Shown one piece after another: positions 1 through 7,372 of a stretch of DNA of 30,659 nucleotides. Made by a program: the position numbers and the translations under genes. Position 1 is the first letter of the stretch; each line of letters begins with the position of its first letter. The stretch comes from Opitutia bacterium (lineage in GTDB: Bacteria > Verrucomicrobiota > Verrucomicrobiia > Opitutales > UBA953): positions 1-30,659 of the forward strand of contig JBJTIX010000056.1 in the NCBI GenBank assembly GCA_046095205.1. The letters run 5' to 3'. The notes below the pieces were generated by a model that saw only the letters and a list, made by a program, of their open reading frames with translations, did no database searches and had not been told where the DNA came from.

Positions 1-578
1 CCCGAGGCGAGGCCGACGCGGTTGGCGTTGGCCTGGTTGATGATGGTGTCGATCGCGATGGTGGTCTTGCCGGTCGCGCGGTCGCCGATGATGAGCTCGC
101 GCTGGCCGCGGCCGATCGGGATCATGGCGTCGATGGCCATGATGCCGGTCTGCATCGGCTGGTCGACGGACTTGCGGGGCATGATGCCGGGCGCGATCTT
201 CTCGACGGGGTAGCGCTCGGTCGACTGGACCGGGCCCTTGCCGTCGACGGGGTTGCCGAGGGCGTCGACGACGCGGCCGAGAAGGCCCTTGCCGACGGGG
301 ACGGAGAGGAGGCGGCCGGTGGTCTTGGCCTCCATGCCCTCCTTGAGGCGGGAGATGTCGCCCATGACGACGCAGCCGACGGTGTCCTCGGCCAGGTTGA
401 GGGCGACGCCCTGCAGGCCTCCGGGAAACTCGACCATCTCGTTCATCATCACGCCGGAGAGGCCGTCGATGGCGGCGACGCCGTCCGCGAGGGAGACGAT
501 GGTTCCGACGTTGGACTTGCCGGCGCGGGCGTCGAGGCCGGCGATGGCTTTCTGGATCTGTTCGATCGCGTTGCTCAT
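1..578 (-). CDS. atpA: F1 ATP synthase subunit alpha, N-terminal part (runs off the window edge)
   Basis: Manual translation from ATG at 578: [74 protein letters not shown]...[16 protein letters not shown]; follows atpH in operon order. Confidence 0.97.
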   Translation of the reverse strand, partial: MSNAIEQIQKAIAGLDARAGKSNVGTIVSLADGVAAIDGLSGVMMNEMVEFPGGLQGVALNLAEDTVGCVVMGDISRLKEGMEAKTTGRLLSVPVGKGLLGRVVDALGNPVDGKGPVQSTERYPVEKIAPGIMPRKSVDQPMQTGIMAIDAMIPIGRGQRELIIGDRATGKTTIAIDTIINQANANRVGLAS

Positions 579-606
579 GTTATGTAAGGCGGAGGGGTGG
601 GATGGT

Positions 607-1002
607 TCAGGCGGTGAGGGATCGCTCGAGCGCGGCGAGGCGCGCGCTGGCGGTGAGGTCGGTGACGTCGTCGCCGACGCGGACGCGGAGTCCGGCGATC
701 AGCGAGTCGTTGCGGCGGGCGACGGGGCGCACGGGCCGTCCGAGGGCGCGGGAGAAATGGGCGGCGATGGCGGCGGCCTGCTCCGCGGAGAGCGGGCCGG
801 CGTGCTCGATGCTGGCCTCGCCGCGCGCAAGCTCGCGGCGGACGGCGGCCAGGTAGGCGCGGAGGAGCGGGCGCAGGGAGTGCGCGGGGCGGGAGCCGGC
901 GAGGGCGGAGAGCACGGCGCCCACGCGGTCGGGCGACACCGCGCCGGCCTCGAGGGACAGGGCGAGGAGTCGCTTGGCTTCGGCTCGGACGGGCGCGGGC
1001 AT
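607..1002 (-). CDS. atpH: ATP synthase subunit delta (short, 131 aa)
   Basis: C-terminal OSCP/delta motif [24 protein letters not shown]; position between atpF and atpA. Confidence 0.88.
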   Translation of the reverse strand: MPAPVRAEAKRLLALSLEAGAVSPDRVGAVLSALAGSRPAHSLRPLLRAYLAAVRRELARGEASIEHAGPLSAEQAAAIAAHFSRALGRPVRPVARRNDSLIAGLRVRVGDDVTDLTASARLAALERSLTA

Positions 1003-1008
1003 GGAAAA

Positions 1009-1581
1009 TCAGCGGGCGAGCGCCTTGACGGCGGCCGCGTTGAGACGGGCGCGCTGCGCGGCGTCCAGAGTCTGGGCGAGGACCGTGCCGGAGGCGTCGA
1101 CGACGAGCCGGGCGAGTACGCCACGGACTTCGTTGAGCATGCGGCCGCGGTCGGCCTCGAGGGCGGCCTGTCCCTTGCGGAGGACTTCTGCCGCGGCGGC
1201 GGCGGCCTCGGACTTGGAGGCCTCGACGGCCTTGTTCGCGGCGGCGCGGGCCTCGGCGAGCACGCGGGCGGCCTCCTCGGGGGCGGCGGCGAGCTTGGCT
1301 TCGGAGGCCTTCTGGGCGTCGGCCAGGCGCTGTTCGGCGGCCTTGGCGTCAGCGAGGCCCTGCTCGATCTTGCGGTTGCGCTCCTCCATCTGGCCGAGGG
1401 CGGGGCGGACGGCGAAGCGGTAGAGGACGAAGGCCAGCAGGGAGAAATTGATGAGCTGGGGGATGAGGTGGTGGAAATCCACGCCGAAGTCGCCGAAGAG
1501 ACGGATGATGCCGTCGACGGGGTTGGAGGACTTCTCGGCGGGTGCGGCCTTGGCGGCGGCGAGGAGGAGGAGATTCGTCAT
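1009..1581 (-). CDS. atpF: ATP synthase Fo subunit b
   Basis: N-terminal TM segment QLINFSLLAFVLYRFAVRP followed by a long Ala/Glu/Lys coiled coil (ERNRKIEQGLADA); operon position. Confidence 0.95.
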   Translation of the reverse strand: MTNLLLLAAAKAAPAEKSSNPVDGIIRLFGDFGVDFHHLIPQLINFSLLAFVLYRFAVRPALGQMEERNRKIEQGLADAKAAEQRLADAQKASEAKLAAAPEEAARVLAEARAAANKAVEASKSEAAAAAAEVLRKGQAALEADRGRMLNEVRGVLARLVVDASGTVLAQTLDAAQRARLNAAAVKALAR

Positions 1582-1615
1582 GTTCTTGAAAGGGAGCGGC
1601 GCGGAGGAAAGGGGG

Positions 1616-1648
1616 GGGCGGCGGGCCCCTCGCGGGGCCGCGCCGCCC
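1616..1648 (-). terminator. GC-rich stem-loop with GCGA (GNRA) tetraloop after the atpE stop; mRNA stabiliser or partial terminator
   Basis: Minus strand GGGCGGCG-C-GGCCCC-GCGA-GGGGCC-CGCCGCCC (14 bp, one bulge), followed by CCCCCTTT; the U-tract is weak. Confidence 0.55.
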
Positions 1649-1654
1649 TTCGGT

Positions 1655-1858
1655 TCACTGAACGAGGAAGATCGCGTAGAACGCGACGGCCTCGGCGAGA
1701 GCCATGCCCAGGATGGCCTGGACGAGGATCTTGCCGGAAGCCTCGGGATTGCGACCCACGGACTCGACGGCCTTGGCGCCGACGAGACCCACGCCGAGGG
1801 CTGCGCCGAGGCAGCCGAAGGCGACGTGCACTGAACCGGTCATTTCTGCGATGATCAT
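1655..1858 (-). CDS. atpE: ATP synthase Fo subunit c
   Basis: Two-TM hairpin with GxGxG-like helix, RNPE loop and essential Glu in ALAEAVAFY. Confidence 0.97.
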   Translation of the reverse strand: MIIAEMTGSVHVAFGCLGAALGVGLVGAKAVESVGRNPEASGKILVQAILGMALAEAVAFYAIFLVQ

Positions 1859-1931
1859 GTTGTTTTGTTTTTCGGTTTGTTCTTGGCGCGCCGCCCGGGG
1901 AGGTCCCGGCAGGTCGCACGCCGCGAAAGCG

Positions 1932-2810
1932 TCAATGGGCGTGGCCCTCCTCCTCGTGATGGCCGCCGTCGTGATTGCAGATCAGGCCGATGTAGACGGC
2001 CGACAGCAGGGTGAAGACGAACGCCTGGATGAGGCCCACGAGCACCTCGAGCAGGCCGGCGACGGCGGGAACGATGTAGGGCTGGAGTCCGCCGAGCGCG
2101 TGGATGAGGTTCTCCCCGCCGAAGACGTTGCCGTAGAGCCGGAAGGAGAGGGAGATGATGCGGAAGATGATCGAGACGACCTCGATGCAGCCGACGCCGA
2201 GGAAGATGAAGCCCAGCATAAGCCAGATCGGGAGGCCGACCTCCTTGCGGTCCGACTTGTTGCCGAAGAGGTCGAAGATGAGGACCTTCAGGCCGGCGTA
2301 GCGGAGGACGAAGTAGGTCCAGGCGAGGAAGGAGAGGACGGAGAGAGCGAGGGTGGTGTTGAGGTCCGAGTTGGCCGGACGAATGGCGTCCTCCCAGTGG
2401 CCGTCCTTGAGGAACTTCACGGTGCCGACACCGGGGAGAAGCCCGCTCCAGTTCATCAGGAGGATGAAGAGGAAGAAGCCGCACAGCACGGGGAAGGTGC
2501 GGCCGATCATCTGCGGGCCGACGATCGGCTCGAGGGCGTCGCGAAGGCCCTGCGCCATGGTCTCGAGCACGGACTGACCCTTGCCCGGAATGAGCTTGGG
2601 CGTGCCCACGGTCACCCTGACGACGAGGATGATGAGGAGGGCGATGATCCAGGTGGTCAGAATCGAGTTGGAGACGGCGAATCCGCCGACGGTGAAGAGA
2701 TCGGTGGCGGTCGGCTTGACCCCTTCGCCCGAAGCCAGCAGAGCACAAGGAGCGGCACTTAGCACTGTGAGTAGGCTGGTCATCTCGGCAACGGGGGTTC
2801 TGGTGAACAT
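1932..2810 (-). CDS. atpB: ATP synthase Fo subunit a (alternative start ATG 2783)
   Basis: SLSFRLYGNVFGGE (essential Arg), LIQAFVFTLLSAVYI, and a His-rich C-terminal tail. Confidence 0.97.
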   Translation of the reverse strand: MFTRTPVAEMTSLLTVLSAAPCALLASGEGVKPTATDLFTVGGFAVSNSILTTWIIALLIILVVRVTVGTPKLIPGKGQSVLETMAQGLRDALEPIVGPQMIGRTFPVLCGFFLFILLMNWSGLLPGVGTVKFLKDGHWEDAIRPANSDLNTTLALSVLSFLAWTYFVLRYAGLKVLIFDLFGNKSDRKEVGLPIWLMLGFIFLGVGCIEVVSIIFRIISLSFRLYGNVFGGENLIHALGGLQPYIVPAVAGLLEVLVGLIQAFVFTLLSAVYIGLICNHDGGHHEEEGHAH

Positions 2811-2885
2811 CCTGCCCCAAGCCTGGTCAACACCTGCCCCCTAAGGGCTCAGGGAGTAAGCCCCCGGCCCCCTCCTTCATTAGAA

Positions 2886-2901
2886 TCTCTTATTTAAGAG
2901 A
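2886..2901. promoter_or_regulatory. AT-rich 16-bp palindrome upstream of the atp operon (candidate operator)
   Basis: TCTCTTA-TT-TAAGAGA; a TTGACC -35-like hexamer lies at 2830-2825 on the minus strand, but I found no convincing -10. Confidence 0.35.
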
Positions 2902-3540
2902 CTAGGGGGCCAATCTTTGGATGGTCCAGGCCCCGTCCTTGCCGCGCAGATAAAGAAAGCGGTCATGGAGGCGATTGGTCCGGCCCTGCCAGAACTCGAA
3001 GGACTCGGGGATGAGACGATATCCGCCCCAATTTCGAGGCTTGGGCACCTTCCCCTCGGGGTGCTTGGCCCGTAGTTCGGCCAGGCGCTCCTCAAGGTAC
3101 TTACGGTCGGGGATCGTCTGGCTCTGCTCGGAGACCAAGGCCCCAAGCTGGCTGCCATAGGGCCTCCGGGCGAAATAGGCGATAGACTCTTCTTCGGAAG
3201 TCTTTGTCACAGAACCAGTTATATGTACCTGACGCTCGAGGGCAAACCAGGGGAAAAGGAGGGTGGCCCGGGCATCCCGTGCCAGATGGGCGCCCTTCCG
3301 GCTGCCGTAGTTCGTAAAGAAGCATAGGCCGGTCTTGTCGGCGGCCTTGAGCAGGACGGTCCGGGAAGTCGGGCACCCCTGATGGTCGCTGGTGGATAGA
3401 ACCATGGCGTTCGGTTCGACGATGCCGGAGGCCTTCGCCTGCGAGAACCAGTGATGGAACTGCTCCAGCGGATCCTCACGGAGCTCATGTCGGTCGAGCC
3501 CGTGGTCGGCGTATTCTTTGCGCAGTTCCGAGAGATCCAT
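2902..3540 (-). CDS. pdxH: Pyridoxine/pyridoxamine 5'-phosphate oxidase
   Basis: MDLSELRKEY start, EPNAMVLST, RTVLLK, FFTNYGSRKG, WGGYRL, EFWQGRTNRLHDR. The true start is 3540, not the 3945 of the ORF track. Confidence 0.97.
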   Translation of the reverse strand: MDLSELRKEYADHGLDRHELREDPLEQFHHWFSQAKASGIVEPNAMVLSTSDHQGCPTSRTVLLKAADKTGLCFFTNYGSRKGAHLARDARATLLFPWFALERQVHITGSVTKTSEEESIAYFARRPYGSQLGALVSEQSQTIPDRKYLEERLAELRAKHPEGKVPKPRNWGGYRLIPESFEFWQGRTNRLHDRFLYLRGKDGAWTIQRLAP

Positions 3541-3631
3541 CGGACGGAAACCTATCGGACAAGGCCCGGCAGGCAAGTCCCGGACGGCCCTTCCCTCTCG
3601 CCACCCGAACCGGCCGAGGCAGTGTGACCCC

Positions 3632-4366
3632 GTGAACCTGGTGCTGATTACGGCCGAAGAGGAGAGAGCGGGCCTGCCGGCGGAGGACGCGCGCGCCGCG
3701 CACCTGCTCGGCACGGTCGGACTCCGGATCGGCGCGACCTTCCACGTCGGAATCGAGGACGGGCTGCGCGGCATCGCCACGGTGACCGCCTGCGCTCCCT
3801 CGCTGCGCTTCTCGGTGGAATGGGAGAAGGCGCCGCAGCGGCGCCTGCCCCTCTCCGTGCTGGTCGGCCTGCCGCGTCCGCAGACGGCGCGCAAGGTGCT
3901 CCACGACCTGGCGAGCCTCGGGGCCTCGGACCTGCGCTTCTTCACGCCGCAGAAGGGCGACCCCGCCTACGCCGCGAGCTCGCTCTGGCGTGACGGCGAG
4001 TGGCGCGAACACCTGCGCAAGGGCGCGGAGCAGGCCTGCAGCGCGCTGCTGCCGCGCGTCGCCGTGCACGAATCCCTCGAGGCGGCCGTCGCCGCGCTGC
4101 CGCCCGGCGGTCTGCGCGTCGCGCTCGATCCCTACGAGGCGGAAGGTCCGCTCACCCCCGAGCGCGGCGGCGCCGAGGCCGTCCTGGCCGTCGGCCCGGA
4201 GCGCGGCTGGTCCGATGCCGAGCGTCGCACGCTGCGCGCGGCCGGCTTCCGCCTCCTGCACATGGGCGACCGCGTGCTGCGCGTGGAGGCGGCGGCCCTG
4301 GCCGGCGGCGCGCTGCTGCTGTCCGGGCTCGGATCCTGGCGGGCGCACCGCCCCGTCGCGGACTGA
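3632..4366 (+). CDS. rsmE: 16S rRNA m3U1498 methyltransferase (SPOUT, RsmE family)
   Basis: GTG start at 3632 (MNLVLI...); LPRPQTARK, EQAC, VGPERGWSDAE and LGDRVLRVE-like (MGDRVLRVEAA) motifs. Confidence 0.88.
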   Translation: MNLVLITAEEERAGLPAEDARAAHLLGTVGLRIGATFHVGIEDGLRGIATVTACAPSLRFSVEWEKAPQRRLPLSVLVGLPRPQTARKVLHDLASLGASDLRFFTPQKGDPAYAASSLWRDGEWREHLRKGAEQACSALLPRVAVHESLEAAVAALPPGGLRVALDPYEAEGPLTPERGGAEAVLAVGPERGWSDAERRTLRAAGFRLLHMGDRVLRVEAAALAGGALLLSGLGSWRAHRPVAD

Positions 4367-4918
4367 TCAGGCGCGCGAAAGCACGTGGGCGCAGGGCTGT
4401 CCGCGCCCCTTGCCGATGAGCTTGCGCAGGCGCCAGCCCGCGGGGACGGGCACCTCGGTGCCGCCCGGCGCCTCGAGCACCACGCGCACGTGCGCCCCTT
4501 CGCCGGCGGCGGCGCAGGCCGCCGCGGCGATCTCCGCGCCGCGCGAGGCCCAGAGCTCCCAGGGCGGGTCGGCGAACACGCTGTCGTGGCCGCCCTCCCG
4601 CGGACGCGTCGCGTCGCCCGTCTCGACCTTGAGCGGGAGCGCCTCGAGCCCCATCGACTTCGCGACCGCCGCCGCGTTGGCGGCGAGCTCGGCCCCCGCG
4701 GGCTGTTCGCCGCAGACCGCCGCGGCCGCGCCGCGGCTGAGCGACTCCAGCGCGTAGGCGCCCGTGCCCGCGAAGAGGTCGAGCACGCGCGCGCCCGGCA
4801 CGAACGCCGCAAGCGAGCTGAACACCGCCTCGCGGATGTAGTCCGTGGCCGGCCTCACCCCGCCCTTGGCGGGCACGCGGAGCTGGATGCCGCGGGCTCG
4901 GCCGCCGGTGACGCGCAT
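4367..4918 (-). CDS. rsmD: 16S rRNA m2G966 methyltransferase (RsmD family)
   Basis: MRVTGGRARG, VRPATDYIREAVFS, LDLFAGTGA, ESLSRGA and FADPPW motifs. Confidence 0.92.
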   Translation of the reverse strand: MRVTGGRARGIQLRVPAKGGVRPATDYIREAVFSSLAAFVPGARVLDLFAGTGAYALESLSRGAAAAVCGEQPAGAELAANAAAVAKSMGLEALPLKVETGDATRPREGGHDSVFADPPWELWASRGAEIAAAACAAAGEGAHVRVVLEAPGGTEVPVPAGWRLRKLIGKGRGQPCAHVLSRA

Positions 4919-4949
4919 GGACGCATTCCGTCCCGCCTCCGCCCGACGG

Positions 4950-5762
4950 TCAACGGCGTTCGGCGCCGAGCCGCTGCCGCGCGGGCGACCAGCACGCCGT
5001 GCGGCCCCCCACCTGGCCCCGGCTCAGCGGGCGGCGCGTGCGCGGGCAGACGCCGCCGTCCTCCCAGCGGTGGTTGAACAGCCACGAGTCCGGCGGGTCG
5101 GACCAGTCCCGGCCGATCACGCGGAGCGCGTCGGCGCAGACCTCGCGCAGCGTCGCGCGGAGCAGGCGAACCGAACGGGGCCCGAACGCCCCGGCGCGGG
5201 CACGCGGATGGAAGCCCGCGCGCCACAGCACCTCGTCTGCCATCCAGTTGCCCACGCCCGGGAAGCGCTCCTGCATCAGCAGCACCGCCTTGATCGGCGA
5301 GCGGGCGCGCCGGCGCAGGAAGGCGGCGAGCGCCGCCTCCGTGAACGCGTCGGAGAGCACCGCCGGAGCGATGGCGCGCCACCAGTCGGGCTCGCCCGGG
5401 CCGGTCCACAGCCGCACGCGCCCGAACTGCCGGGGATCGGCGAAGACCAGCCGCCGTCCGCCCGACATGAGCAGCGAGAGCGACTCGTGCGCGGGCGCGT
5501 CCTTCTCGCCGGCGCATTCGGTGCGCCCCGTCATGCCGAGGTGGATCCCGAGCCACGCGCCCCCGGAGAAGCGGAAGGCCATCTGCTTGGCCGCGGCGTG
5601 CGAGGAGACCAGCCGGCGTCCGCGGAGCGCCCGCTCCAGCGCCGCGGCGGAGAGCCCGCGCGTCGGGCGCGTCGCGCGCGGCACGCGCACCGCACGGACC
5701 GTGCGGCCCACGCCGGGGTCCCAGCGCTTCCTGAAATATTCCACCTCGGCCAGCTCGGGCAT
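4950..5762 (-). CDS. mutM: Fpg/Nei family DNA glycosylase/AP lyase
   Basis: MPELAEVE N-terminus, HLGMTG, DPRQFG, H2TH PIKAVLLMQERFPGVGNWMADEVLW; the zinc finger is degenerate. Confidence 0.85.
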   Translation of the reverse strand: MPELAEVEYFRKRWDPGVGRTVRAVRVPRATRPTRGLSAAALERALRGRRLVSSHAAAKQMAFRFSGGAWLGIHLGMTGRTECAGEKDAPAHESLSLLMSGGRRLVFADPRQFGRVRLWTGPGEPDWWRAIAPAVLSDAFTEAALAAFLRRRARSPIKAVLLMQERFPGVGNWMADEVLWRAGFHPRARAGAFGPRSVRLLRATLREVCADALRVIGRDWSDPPDSWLFNHRWEDGGVCPRTRRPLSRGQVGGRTACWSPARQRLGAERR

Positions 5763-5854
5763 GGGGGCAAGGGAGCGGCGAAGGGGGCGTTGGCAAGCGG
5801 CGGAAGCCCCTTTCTCGCTGGTCATCGCCCCCGGCGGGGCTTCACTCCCAGACC

Positions 5855-6847
5855 ATGCACACCGCGAATCCCGACCGGTACGCCAACCCGGCCTTCCAGG
5901 CGCGGTGCGGACGCTCGGGGCTGCACCTGCCGCGCGTGGCGCTGGGCCTCTGGCACAACTTCGGCAGCGTGGACGACTACGGCGGCGCCCGCGCGATCGC
6001 CCTGCGTGCGTTCGACCTCGGCGTGACGCACTTCGACCTCGCGAACAACTACGGCCCCGTGCCCGGCAGCGCCGAGGAGAACTTCGGGCGCATGCTGCGC
6101 GAGGACCTCGCCGCCTACCGCGACGAGATCATCGTCTCCACCAAGGCCGGCTACACCATGTGGCCCGGGCCCCACGGCGACTTCGGCTCCCGCAAGTACC
6201 TCCTCGCCTCGCTCGACCAGTCCCTCCGCCGGCTCGGCCTGCCCTACGTCGACGTCTTCTACACCCACCGCCGCGACCCGAACACGCCCATGGAGGAGAC
6301 CCTCGGCGCGGTCGCCCACGCCGTGCGGTCCGGCCGCGCGCTGTACGCCGGCGTCTCCAACTACGGCCCCGAGGACACCCGCCGCGCCTGCGCGATCCTG
6401 CGCGACCTCGGCGCGCCGTGCGTGGTGCACCAGCCCAAGTACAGCATGTTCGAGCGCACGCCCGAGCAGGGCCTGCTCGACGTCCTCGGCGCCGAGGGCG
6501 TCGGCTGCGCGGTGTTCTCCCCGCTCGCCCAGGGCCTGCTCACCGACCGCTACCTGCGCGGCATCCCGGCCGACGCGCGCGCCGGCAAGGCGCACGGCTA
6601 CCTGCGGCCGGAGCAGGTGGACGAGGCCCGGCTGGGCAAGGTGCGCGCCCTCGCGGCGATCGCGGAGGAGCGCGGGCAGCCGCTCGCCTCGATGGCCGTC
6701 GCCTGGGTCCTCCGCGACCGGCGCGTGACCAGCGCCATCATCGGCGCCAGCAAGGTCGCGCAGCTCGAGCAGTGCGTCGCCGCCGCGTCGTCGGCGCCCT
6801 TCACCTCGGAGGAGCTGCGCCGCATCGACGCCGTGCTCGGAGCCTGA
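5855..6847 (+). CDS. Aldo/keto reductase (YghZ/Gpr-like)
   Basis: GRSGLHLPRVALGLWHNFG, FDLANNYGP, STKAGYTMWPGP, SRKYLLASLDQSL, VHQPKYSMF, FSPLAQGLLT. Confidence 0.93.
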   Translation: MHTANPDRYANPAFQARCGRSGLHLPRVALGLWHNFGSVDDYGGARAIALRAFDLGVTHFDLANNYGPVPGSAEENFGRMLREDLAAYRDEIIVSTKAGYTMWPGPHGDFGSRKYLLASLDQSLRRLGLPYVDVFYTHRRDPNTPMEETLGAVAHAVRSGRALYAGVSNYGPEDTRRACAILRDLGAPCVVHQPKYSMFERTPEQGLLDVLGAEGVGCAVFSPLAQGLLTDRYLRGIPADARAGKAHGYLRPEQVDEARLGKVRALAAIAEERGQPLASMAVAWVLRDRRVTSAIIGASKVAQLEQCVAAASSAPFTSEELRRIDAVLGA

Positions 6848-6851
6848 GACC

Positions 6852-7367
6852 ATGAGCGCCGGCCTGCCCTTCAAGCTCAGCGCGCTGGTGTTCCTCCGGG
6901 ACGCCGGCGGGCGCCTGCTGATGATGCGCCGCAACAAGGCGCCGAACCTCGGGCGCTGGAGCCCGATCGGCGGCAAGGTCGAGACGGCCCTCGGCGAATC
7001 GCCGTTCGAATGCGCCGTGCGCGAGACCGCCGAGGAGGCCGGCCTGGCCGTGACGGCGGACGACCTCCACCTCTTCGGCATGATCACCGAGCGCGGCTAC
7101 GAGGGGCAGTCCCACTGGCTGATGTTCCTCTTCACGTGCGCGAAGCCCCTCCCGGGCGTGCCGCCGGACATCGCCGAGGGCAGCTTCGGCCTCTTCACCC
7201 GCGCCGAAGTCGACGGCCTCGAGGTGCCCGACAGCGACCGCACCCTGATCTGGCCCGTCTACGACCGCCACCGCGAGGGCTTCATCGCCTACCGCGCGGA
7301 ATGCCATCCCGGGCGGCCGCTGACCATGACCGTGGAGGAGGCCCATCCCGGGCGCCGGCCCGGCTGA
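6852..7367 (+). CDS. Nudix hydrolase (MutT-like)
   Basis: Nudix box GGKVETALGESPFECAVRETAEEAGL (two extra residues versus GX5EX7REUXEEXGU); WLMFLF downstream. Confidence 0.88.
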   Translation: MSAGLPFKLSALVFLRDAGGRLLMMRRNKAPNLGRWSPIGGKVETALGESPFECAVRETAEEAGLAVTADDLHLFGMITERGYEGQSHWLMFLFTCAKPLPGVPPDIAEGSFGLFTRAEVDGLEVPDSDRTLIWPVYDRHREGFIAYRAECHPGRPLTMTVEEAHPGRRPG

Positions 7368-7372
7368 AGCGC

